Origin: an uncultured Bacteroidales bacterium
GTDB lineage: Bacteria; Bacteroidota; Bacteroidia; Bacteroidales; P3
Assembly: GCA_900316055.1 (NCBI GenBank)
Contig: ONBK01000009.1
Span: forward strand, 63,540 to 87,539
Reading direction: 5' to 3'
DNA: 24,000 bases
Under the pieces are notes generated by a model, which saw only the letters and a list, made by a program, of their open reading frames with translations, was not told where the DNA came from and ran no database searches. The first letter of the stretch is position 1, and every line of letters begins with the position of its first letter. Of the stretch, positions 15,301 to 22,341 are shown one piece after another. A program made the translations under genes and the position numbers.

Positions 15301-15898
15301 CCAGTGCTTCGCGTTTCACAATATGCAGATTATTCCTATCAGCATTCCGCAATACTGATAGCGAGGATGGAATGACCGACACCTGTTTCAATTCAGGTGA
15401 AGCCTGCACATTCTTGACAATTATGTCAAGTTTATCATTGATAGCGGTCAGGCTTTGTTTTGTTTCTTTTCTTGCACCTGACAGTTGTTCTAATATAGTT
15501 TTCTGGTCGTTCTCTATTTGCTTCAGACTGGCAGCTGACATTCTTAGCAGCTTGAATTGCGTCCAAACCTTCAGTCGAGTATCCTTGCAAACTTCTTCTT
15601 CAAACAGTTCTAGTAATTTCTTGTATTGTCCTTTCTGCGGGTCAAAATCCGGGGCCGCCTTAATTTCTTCTTTAAGTGCCTCCAGATAATGATCGTATTC
15701 CCTCCTTGCTTCGTTCCCTGCATATTCGGGGTCTGCATAAAACCTGCTGATAGCCCTCTCAAAAGCATTCCTATACCTTTTCTCCATCGACTTCTTGTCT
15801 GCAAGAAAAGACACGCTTTCCTTCCCCGACTCAAAAATTGCCGTGGCAATCAGGCTCTGAAGGACAGGTGCTAAAAACAATGAAATAGAGGCTATCAT
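12338..15898 (-). CDS. Large STAND-like NTPase, 1186 aa: N-terminal hydrophobic helix and coiled coil, degenerate P-loop, long helical-repeat C-terminus
   Basis: P-loop-like GSVKTGKRT (nt 15224-15250), hhhhD stretch PVVTTD, VEVPLLTEVETKELIETY, and a SYGHPVLARAL block resembling the GxP/GLPLA motif of STAND NTPases. About 800 aa of helical-repeat-like sequence follow. ATGA overlap with the upstream gene. Confidence 0.55.
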   Translation of the reverse strand: MIASISLFLAPVLQSLIATAIFESGKESVSFLADKKSMEKRYRNAFERAISRFYADPEYAGNEARREYDHYLEALKEEIKAAPDFDPQKGQYKKLLELFEEEVCKDTRLKVWTQFKLLRMSAASLKQIENDQKTILEQLSGARKETKQSLTAINDKLDIIVKNVQASPELKQVSVIPSSLSVLRNADRNNLHIVKREALVQQCVQHCNEGKVLVLFGSVKTGKRTLSELVLSNVKDGFVCTDVPSGHLNEVIRLCYQELQEGKKPVVTTDAPIDENMTLVDMSRVAQVEVPLLTEVETKELIETYSPRQDFSKFIWAHSYGHPVLARALCTYLSSCNWVMDEKVFGQMLNYSFDHKLSRSLAELMQRMIPDSDTRSLLNRLMLVKTVFSEDDVKALASVSPQIAEPRSKLLSLTPGWVTEESGLYKVTPLYDKAWTPDMDNECYRSCNWLLASRIMIKTGPLNELDVLHYILYAQNAERYDEAGLMYMRALEKIRKEDLPKLTILPSMWVDVQLPILMTENLRIAVRVQQLTILKNLSSSKRNYILNDLCRIIEGAAESELTAAYYSVLSVLCWSEDRIQAGLKYHNLSIEKRNKNSKGVDELDEMDELYKKSIWFLPLRFTKIEEFETWLKDFAAKPFEYNHSDSDICEHCYLAGYQLVNREWKSWEQGDIIAGLQHILDKSIEYRCPEMAISALFEMMETFNKAGRYEDTRRVYGNYYIQFEKYPLAKVLLNGSMAYSIYSNNEVENKETLPYIEALQTAEYGEVIPNIHLHLGQIKAYVMSETDMNEGIAQLKKVIDYVQKPGHSSTIYEYYQCLGELSLMYWDAGDRVRSVDVISECVKYVTSEEGLKSPFAKTYLCLCDWLMVNYLGELGVREVPDGQAKSYRGMFTEQDAQALDNLYSEDRIFTSSYLMYQICDALKMEKMKTDWAYRVLEAIKRRGETMEIHFIVTLLVPVFLKEQDFDAVAQIADISTLSQTKTFETHPEMKRESADSEFIEYVMTPVLFLALKMAITGDRSGLEKIRDILRSYQPVIHDEVVKEVIAVLERKEYNKTYIDEVNKLDMNRYYPVYIFAYLITTINVDSYQAFKYIMAVIVRLESDLVKVIGSEVKTVINEFIASFWRSRILTKPEEFVNYSFLASKGMKIIDEYEGKDNQANHTLFVIRHHLPFEVNLNALQEEWLDA

Positions 15899-17001
15899 GC
15901 GTATTTCTCCATCAACTGGTTTATATTGTACTGTGTCTCAACACTAGCTATATAATGAAAAAACAAAGGATTATTGTCAAGTGACCTTTTCAGCACTTTG
16001 TTCAGAAGTCTATAACGTTGCATTTGCTGTTTATCGAATTTTTCTATGTCAGCAACAATCTCATTTAATGTCCTGTCTACAAAGATGAAATATTTTCTCA
16101 ATATTGAGACCACATAATCACATACTTGAATCATTGGGTTGGTTGCAGAATCAGAAAAACTATAGTTATTAAGCTTCGTACCATTTACTTCAATTGTGTC
16201 TTCCGTCAACAGTTTTTCGACCTGTTTCTCAGTATCAAAAACCAAAGTCCTATTTGGATAAGAATATATTTCAGCAGAGTAGAATTGTACAAACATTTTC
16301 ACCCATTCATCTGGGGTCTCATCCTGTATGAATGTGAGTTCATCTTTCTTCTTTGCTTCATTAATCTTCTTCACCAGAATACTCGCCATCATTTTATCGG
16401 GTGGATTTGGCACTGTTCCAATGAACTTTAAAACCTTTGCTTCCAAACCGTCTAAAAACACTATTTTATCTTTGTCTTTAATATCAGGATAGTGATACTT
16501 CCCAAACAGTTTAACGGTTTCCTCTGGTGATGACTTCAATATTCTGTAAAGAATCGCTTTTAGATTATGCGCCAACATAACATCATCACAGATGGAATCT
16601 ATCACATCCACGAAGGCATAATACCACACCTGAACCATGATGAAATGCACATTCCACCTCTTGCTTTCAACCAAGTCAAACGTCCTCTGAAAGGCATCCT
16701 TACGCAGAATTTCTACAAAAGAGCCTCTCAAATCTTTCGTTGATTTCAGTTCTCGTCCCGGCTCTTTACCTAATGCAGCATGAAGTTCATCATCCGAAAT
16801 AATATCCTCTGTCTGTACACCACCCAAAACAAAACAGGCATTTTCTGAGGCATTTACACGCTTTTCTGGCAATAGCACTAAATGCTTCACGTTGTCCGTC
16901 TCATCGTAATACCAAGTTTCCCTTTTATCGTATTGTTCTTCTGATACTCCCTGAGCCAAGGCCATCAGCCTGTTCAATTGATATACTCTGCTGTAATCCA
17001 T
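15895..17001 (-). CDS. DUF3800-like protein, 368 aa
   Basis: N-terminal WYYDETDN and C-terminal FSDSATNPMIQVCDYVVSIL correspond to the two conserved DUF3800 blocks (DE.. near the N terminus, DS....iQ.aD near the C terminus). Confidence 0.45.
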   Translation of the reverse strand: MDYSRVYQLNRLMALAQGVSEEQYDKRETWYYDETDNVKHLVLLPEKRVNASENACFVLGGVQTEDIISDDELHAALGKEPGRELKSTKDLRGSFVEILRKDAFQRTFDLVESKRWNVHFIMVQVWYYAFVDVIDSICDDVMLAHNLKAILYRILKSSPEETVKLFGKYHYPDIKDKDKIVFLDGLEAKVLKFIGTVPNPPDKMMASILVKKINEAKKKDELTFIQDETPDEWVKMFVQFYSAEIYSYPNRTLVFDTEKQVEKLLTEDTIEVNGTKLNNYSFSDSATNPMIQVCDYVVSILRKYFIFVDRTLNEIVADIEKFDKQQMQRYRLLNKVLKRSLDNNPLFFHYIASVETQYNINQLMEKYA

Positions 17002-17016
17002 TTCCTTCCAATCCTT

Positions 17017-18048
17017 TTATTCCACATACCAATCCGGCTTCACCCATTCAGGGAACAATCTCTGCCTCGTTTCCCTTAGTTTTGCCAAATAAAAATCATA
17101 GAAATCCCTATAGAAATTGAAGGGTTTTAGAGCCATGTCTTCTGCGATAGAATAACCTCCATACACCATGAGCCATAATCTCAGTGCGCTACCAACATAA
17201 CCCCACAACACATCTATCTCCGGGACGTCCATTCGCTTCATCAGCAAATCAATTCTGATATCCATATGTGGATGACTACCTCCACCACTAACACTGTCTG
17301 GCCCCATGAAAAGCAAGGCACACAACAGGTTGGCAATGCCAACTTTGTTTGTATAGCCATCATCTGCGCCAAACGTCTCAGCCAACCAATCAAAAGCCAA
17401 CTCATCAGCAGCTATTTCATCCTTTACCATTTGATTTGCGTTGCTAACAGTTTGTGTATGTCCTAAATAACTATGAGCCAGTTCGTGTGCAAAAATGAAA
17501 CCCACCCCACTTATCATCAATGCATTTGCCTTTCCAATTTCATCTCTAAAAGCCTGCGGGTCACATATATTGGGTATTTCAAAGAATATTTCCTTTCTCC
17601 ATTGTGTTTCCAGAAGTCTTCTCGCCCTGAAAAAAGAATCGCCTGCAAATTCTACTGCAGCCATGTTTGCTTTATAGCCATGAATATTACACCCCATTGC
17701 ATTCATCATCGGTATTTGAACCACATTGTCGAATACCGTACTGATGTAAAGACCGACGGCCCATAGAAACTGACAGAAAGTCAACGAAATGTTGATTTCA
17801 TACTTCCCATTTTTCTCTATGATTTCTCCAGGTGTCAGACAACCGTTATTCTCTTCCAAAAACAGGATATTCTTTGAAAGGTCATTTGTGTTTACCTCTG
17901 TATTTGCAGCCTCCCAAACGCCTTCAATATTTAGGACATGTTGAATACTCAAATCACGCAAAGCCTGTACTGGCAAATACAAACCAGAGTAGTCAAACAA
18001 TGATTGTTCTATAGGATACGCCATACCATCATCGCTTAATAAGGACAT
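17017..18048 (-). CDS. HExxH zinc-metallopeptidase-like protein, 343 aa
   Basis: A single FIFAHELAHSYLGH motif (nt 17458-17487). The rest is unrecognised and the family is not assignable by eye. Confidence 0.5.
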   Translation of the reverse strand: MSLLSDDGMAYPIEQSLFDYSGLYLPVQALRDLSIQHVLNIEGVWEAANTEVNTNDLSKNILFLEENNGCLTPGEIIEKNGKYEINISLTFCQFLWAVGLYISTVFDNVVQIPMMNAMGCNIHGYKANMAAVEFAGDSFFRARRLLETQWRKEIFFEIPNICDPQAFRDEIGKANALMISGVGFIFAHELAHSYLGHTQTVSNANQMVKDEIAADELAFDWLAETFGADDGYTNKVGIANLLCALLFMGPDSVSGGGSHPHMDIRIDLLMKRMDVPEIDVLWGYVGSALRLWLMVYGGYSIAEDMALKPFNFYRDFYDFYLAKLRETRQRLFPEWVKPDWYVE

Positions 18049-18164
18049 TCCATTCTGCCTGTACGACTTATACTAAAACTAGCATCAAGGTTGAAACAAC
18101 CATTCACCATGAACCCTGAACCAAAAGTGTTCTGTGCTATCTGTGTGACCTTGAGCCATGCCAT
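18036..18164 (-). CDS. Unlisted 42-aa micro-ORF (MAWLKVTQIAQNTFGSGFMVNGCFNLDASFSISRTGRMECPY)
   Basis: Hand-translated. Its ATG overlaps the upstream TAA as TAATG at 18164. Its TAA (18036-18038) lies 13 nt inside the peptidase-like gene. It fills the only apparent gap in the gene chain exactly. Confidence 0.3.
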   Translation of the reverse strand: MAWLKVTQIAQNTFGSGFMVNGCFNLDASFSISRTGRMECPY

Positions 18165-18661
18165 TACTTCAACTTCGTATTAACCCTTATACCCTTTTTG
18201 GTCTCTGAATATGACGATATATAATCTCGTGCCTTTAACACCCTCGCCAATCTCCAGGACTCTTCATTATTTGGGATTTCCGGTTTCTTTCCCTTCTCTG
18301 CAATATACTTGTAGGGGAAAGGCAACGTCTCTATGAAAGCGGAAATGACGTCTTCATCAAACACATTCTTCTCCAATGTATAATTCAGCACCCTCATCCT
18401 TTCGCCTGACATTTTTGTTAGTTTCATCACTTTCAGCAGGAAGTCCTTGTTAAGAATTACCTCTTGCCTATCGAGAAGATGAATAATCTCGTCAGACAAC
18501 TCTTCATTCAAAATAGCCACATCAAAATATGGGATAAGATTTGTCTTCTCAACAATCGTAAGGTTTGATCTCATAAGACCCACAGCAGTTTCAGTACTAT
18601 ACGCTACATCCTCTGGGGTTTTCAGCCATTCCCGTTTATGTTTAAGCAGGTACGCTATCAA
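18164..18661 (-). CDS. Hypothetical protein, up to 165 aa (TTG start; first in-frame ATG gives 136 aa)
   Basis: The ORF is open only from a TTG at 18661, with an in-frame TGA 14 codons upstream. The first ATG is at codon 30 (nt 18574). No motif recognised. Confidence 0.45.
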   Translation of the reverse strand: MIAYLLKHKREWLKTPEDVAYSTETAVGLMRSNLTIVEKTNLIPYFDVAILNEELSDEIIHLLDRQEVILNKDFLLKVMKLTKMSGERMRVLNYTLEKNVFDEDVISAFIETLPFPYKYIAEKGKKPEIPNNEESWRLARVLKARDYISSYSETKKGIRVNTKLK

Positions 18662-18721
18662 TGCAGACGAAGAATAACGGCTTAATATTCCACTGATTGA
18701 TCAATTCCATTCTTCTTCAAT

Positions 18722-18748
18722 AAAAAATAGAGAGTCCAACAGACCTCT
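18722..18748 (-). terminator. Intrinsic terminator closing the drt3 transcript / candidate ncRNA
   Basis: The minus RNA reads AGAGGUC-UGUUG-GACUCUCU: 7 bp with one bulged U, followed by AUUUUUUA. Confidence 0.5.
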
Positions 18749-18938
18749 GGGGGTCATTAGTGTGTGGAGCGAACTCCTCGGATTGGTTTTGCAACTGCCG
18801 TAGCATGGAAGGCTTTCTTGCGCCTCAACGCAATAGGCCTCCGGTGCAGCCCCAGCCCGTATATTCCTCTGCCTCTTCCGTCATGAGTGGAATTGACTTC
18901 GGACTGTCTCTTCGGGTCTGCCGGGCTCTCTAAGGGTC
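18749..18938 (-). ncRNA. Candidate DRT3-associated structured ncRNA
   Basis: A ~190-nt ORF-free stretch, GC-richer than its surroundings, between the drt3b stop and a terminator. It contains AGGC-CUA-UUGCG-UUGAGG-CGCAA-GAAA-GCCU (18810-18840) and GGAG-UUCG-CUCC (18766-18777), directly followed by CACACAC (18766-18760). Confidence 0.45.
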
Positions 18939-20876
18939 TTATTCGTAAGGTGAATGATATTCTTTCTTTTCCAAATACTCTGTCAAGTCGTGGTTCTTGT
19001 CCCAGTCAAAGAACCATCGTTTAGGCTTGGACAATTCTGCACGCTTAGCCCCGGACTTATCCCGTTTAACGTCCAAGCAGTTCGCTATAATTGTCAAACA
19101 GGTATTCTTTGTCACGTATGGACATGTCATCACATCAAAGAACAAGCAGGCATTGTCTGCTTTGCGAAGACGCTTGGGTTCCGACAAGCGCGACATCAGC
19201 TCCGTTTCTACACCACTAAGTACAGCAGAATACTCCGCATCATTCTCAATGAGATATAGTAGCGTACATAACTGGAAATAGTTCAATCGCTCGTATCCCG
19301 TGCCGTCCGCTATCTTCAGTCCAAACAACGAGTCAATTTGTCTGACTGGTATATTGAATCCAATAAGCCTGTGCAAAGTGATGAGCAGGTTGAGCACTTC
19401 CAAATTAGTATTCTCAACTGCAAGGTCTGCCTGATAAATGTCTATCACGCGCTTTGCCTCACGACGTATTCTTGCCGTAAGTTCTATCTTGGTTTCTGGT
19501 TCAACTGCCATGTCCGACCAACGTACAAGACAATCCAGAATAGAGCACAAACGGTATGAAGCCGTGGTGTGCATATCCAGAGAGAAAAGGAAGAACGCAA
19601 TGTCTGCATAACCTGTCAGCAGGTTCTGACTGGGTATCATCTCCTTCTTCATTTCCCGTCTTATCTGGTTCAGCAAGAGTGTAAGCGTATATTTGTTCAA
19701 GTCGCCATAATGTTGCTGGAACTGATGGGTAATAGAGCGGAAATGCTTCACAAAAGAGGTAAAGAGGCTATAATCGCTCCGTATGGCTGTGGCATAGTGT
19801 TTTTTCTCTCCTTCGCCCTCTTTTCTCTTCAGGTGCTTCTCCTTAAACTCCGCCACCATCTTGTTCACCTGCCGCTTGGCATCGCTCACACCAGAAGTAA
19901 ATGGACGGTCAAAATATTCGCGCTTTTTCTCATTGATATCCAGCTTATAGAAAGCAAGCTGTTCTTTGTAGGCAGCACAAATGTCATCCAATACTTTGCG
20001 AGAGTTGGCATAGATGTATGAATCGTCCACATAGCGACGTATCTCATAGTCACGACCAAGGGAGTAACCCATCTCTTTCAATTGACGCAGAATGGCTAGG
20101 TCAACGGCTTGAAGGATAATCTCTGCAAAGATACGTGAGATTTCCGGTCCTACAACAATGCCATTTGTCTCGTTGTAGTTGGCGTGCTGCATTAACTGGT
20201 CAAAATTCTTTTCGAAGGTGTCTGCATTGATATTATCCTTAGCGATTTCTTTTCCTTTCACTGCCCAAGCAACTGTATGGGTATAAATGTGATAGAAACA
20301 GCCTGTGATGTCAAGAGTCATCATATGACTGAACTTTTGCTCCAATCGCAGGTTATCGCCGCTTTCGAAGAACTTATACGCCAAGTCATATTTCTTATAA
20401 CTGAAATAGGAACGGTAGCGTTTCTCTATCGCGTTATTATCCAATTCTATCACCTGACCTGCTGCTTCTTCAGGTAACGCTTCGTTATCATCTTCAGCAT
20501 CTTCCTCTGGTGGAAATACACACTTTGCCTTCTTGCTGATATAGCGTATAGAGAATGGGCTGTGCGAACAGAGGTTGAGCATATACTCATCGTATTTCTC
20601 ATAGTGGTCTACACAGTCCAACTGGGTAAGTGGATGTACTAAACTAAGTTTACGGCTCTTCTCACCACCAACCCTACGGACATTATAGTCAAAAGGAATT
20701 GTCCAATCTCTTCTATTCACGCATTTACCGAAAACACTGACAAACAGATTTCTAATGATATCATCCTGCATATTCTCATAGAATGCCTCGTTGTTGAGTA
20801 TAAGAGGCAATTCATATGGGAGTACTTCTGTCAGCAGCACCCGGTATTTATTATTCAAATCGTTCGCCTGTTTCAT
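18939..20876 (-). CDS. drt3b: Antiviral reverse transcriptase Drt3b (UG8-type)
   Basis: RT motifs LDITGCFYHI, NGIVVGPEISRIFAEIIL, RRYVDDSYIYA (YVDD at nt 20022-20033) and LDINEKK, plus a long C-terminal helical extension. The listed start at 20885 is TTG. The ATG at 20876 forms an ATGA overlap with the drt3a stop. Confidence 0.75.
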   Translation of the reverse strand: MKQANDLNNKYRVLLTEVLPYELPLILNNEAFYENMQDDIIRNLFVSVFGKCVNRRDWTIPFDYNVRRVGGEKSRKLSLVHPLTQLDCVDHYEKYDEYMLNLCSHSPFSIRYISKKAKCVFPPEEDAEDDNEALPEEAAGQVIELDNNAIEKRYRSYFSYKKYDLAYKFFESGDNLRLEQKFSHMMTLDITGCFYHIYTHTVAWAVKGKEIAKDNINADTFEKNFDQLMQHANYNETNGIVVGPEISRIFAEIILQAVDLAILRQLKEMGYSLGRDYEIRRYVDDSYIYANSRKVLDDICAAYKEQLAFYKLDINEKKREYFDRPFTSGVSDAKRQVNKMVAEFKEKHLKRKEGEGEKKHYATAIRSDYSLFTSFVKHFRSITHQFQQHYGDLNKYTLTLLLNQIRREMKKEMIPSQNLLTGYADIAFFLFSLDMHTTASYRLCSILDCLVRWSDMAVEPETKIELTARIRREAKRVIDIYQADLAVENTNLEVLNLLITLHRLIGFNIPVRQIDSLFGLKIADGTGYERLNYFQLCTLLYLIENDAEYSAVLSGVETELMSRLSEPKRLRKADNACLFFDVMTCPYVTKNTCLTIIANCLDVKRDKSGAKRAELSKPKRWFFDWDKNHDLTEYLEKKEYHSPYE

Positions 20877-22054
20877 CTCCAGCAATTTGCAATCTTCGCC
20901 ATTTGGTCGGTGGTGAAGTGATGATTTACATGATGGTAATAGCCAAAGTCGAAAGAGTATTTCTCCAAATCCTTCACTTGTGGCTTTGTAAGTGCGATTG
21001 CCCCGCCCAATCTACCTGTACGGCAATGCAGCAAACGTTGATAGTAAGCATCAATATCTTTCAATGCTCTGACATCATTGGCCATCTTATAGTTGAAGTA
21101 GATACCCACTTTAATAGGCAGGAGTGTATGCGGGTTATAAAGTGTGAAATTACCCGTCAGGAATTTGATACGCAGTTTCAGAAGGTCAAAGTTGTGATCT
21201 TTGGAGTAGCGTACAAATGTCCTTGTCAGACGGGTCTTGATAACTTTCAGTTTATTTTGAGCTATGGTCACGCTTAAGCGGTTCCCAATCTTCTTGAAGG
21301 TATAACCTAGGTATGTGAACTCTGCACCTGGCAGGCTTGGGTCAAGGCTGTATGACTTTTCTTTATTCAACTGCAAACCTATCTTATTCAGTTCCTCGCC
21401 AGCATATTTCCACGCAAGTACCTTGCTTGCCTCACTGCTACAAAAGACAATAATATCATCCACAAATCGGGCATAGTAATAAACACCCTCAATCTTCTTG
21501 AAGTCCAGGTCAAAATACTTCATATATAGCTCTGACAGCACAGCACTGATGCCTAGGCCACGGGGAAGACCTGTTCCTGCAACAATAGCGGGGTCATTGA
21601 AAAGGGACTGCAAAAGCATTAGTGAGTGGTAGCTCAGTCGGGTATCGTCTACCAACTTCGTCAGAATACGCTGACGGTCTATGGACTCATAGAAGTGACG
21701 TACATCTAAGCGTACTATCCGCATCTCTACATTTTCCGCAAGCAGCAGTTTCATCTGCTTTACAATGGTATTGCGGTCTGCCTGTTGCACTGCATATATG
21801 CGCTTGATGTTCTTGTGCAGTTTGCGAAGAACAAGGTTTTGGCAGAGATATGCCATGGTTCTTTTGCCTTGACCGTTAAGATACAAATCCCAGTATTGCT
21901 TAATCTGGAAACGATATGTACCAGCAACTATGGTATTCCCCAATTCTGCCCCAATAGCTTCAATTAGCTCCTCTTTCTGCAAGCCAGAGTTGCGCCGTTC
22001 TGCCTGAGTGGTACAACGGTACAGTTCTGTTGGAGTAAATGATTGGGTATACAT
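20873..22054 (-). CDS. drt3a: Antiviral reverse transcriptase Drt3a (UG3-type)
   Basis: RT motifs RLDVRHFYESID, GLPRGLGISAVLSELYM, YARFVDDIIVF (FVDD at nt 21455-21466), GLQLNKEKS and FTYLGYTF. A ~390-aa RT directly followed by a ~645-aa second RT is the DRT type 3 architecture. Confidence 0.75.
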   Translation of the reverse strand: MYTQSFTPTELYRCTTQAERRNSGLQKEELIEAIGAELGNTIVAGTYRFQIKQYWDLYLNGQGKRTMAYLCQNLVLRKLHKNIKRIYAVQQADRNTIVKQMKLLLAENVEMRIVRLDVRHFYESIDRQRILTKLVDDTRLSYHSLMLLQSLFNDPAIVAGTGLPRGLGISAVLSELYMKYFDLDFKKIEGVYYYARFVDDIIVFCSSEASKVLAWKYAGEELNKIGLQLNKEKSYSLDPSLPGAEFTYLGYTFKKIGNRLSVTIAQNKLKVIKTRLTRTFVRYSKDHNFDLLKLRIKFLTGNFTLYNPHTLLPIKVGIYFNYKMANDVRALKDIDAYYQRLLHCRTGRLGGAIALTKPQVKDLEKYSFDFGYYHHVNHHFTTDQMAKIANCWR

Positions 22055-22082
22055 ATTCTTTATTATTAAAATACTTTCAATT

Positions 22083-22316
22083 CTACTTGTATTGGTTTTT
22101 ATGCTTGTACTGTTCGATTTGTTCTATTAATCTCTTAAACGATTCTATACGCTCAGACTTCAATCGCCCGGCAGTATACAACTTTCTATTATGCTTAAGC
22201 CAGTTGAAGAAACGGCCCCTTTCTTCATCATTATGTTTAGACGGATTCCGCTTGTTAGTCTCTATGAAGTTCTTCACCTCATTATATTTCTCTAGCCACC
22301 GCTCTTCTTGCGTCAT
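22083..22316 (-). CDS. Helicase-associated (HA) domain mini-protein, 77 aa (copy 2)
   Basis: ERWLEKYNEVKNFIETNKRNPSKHNDEERGRFFNWLKHNRKLYTAGRLKSERIESFKRLIE. Both intact copies end in KNQYK. It lies 28 nt upstream of drt3a. Confidence 0.6.
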   Translation of the reverse strand: MTQEERWLEKYNEVKNFIETNKRNPSKHNDEERGRFFNWLKHNRKLYTAGRLKSERIESFKRLIEQIEQYKHKNQYK

Positions 22317-22341
22317 ACCCGAAACTCTTAACTCTGAACTA
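22317..22341. repeat. Short word array (CTCTTAAC TCTGAAC TATCAAC TCTTA) filling the RAYT / HA spacer
   Basis: Read directly. It uses the same word family as 9393-9421. Confidence 0.6.

Noticed and set aside
11512-22054. Diversity-generating retroelement (Avd-like four-helix-bundle gene plus reverse transcriptases)
   Set aside because: The RTs have the paired Drt3a/Drt3b architecture, not a ~350-aa DGR RT. The four-helix-bundle gene is about 7 kb away, behind unrelated genes. I saw no template/variable repeat pair of 100 bp or more.
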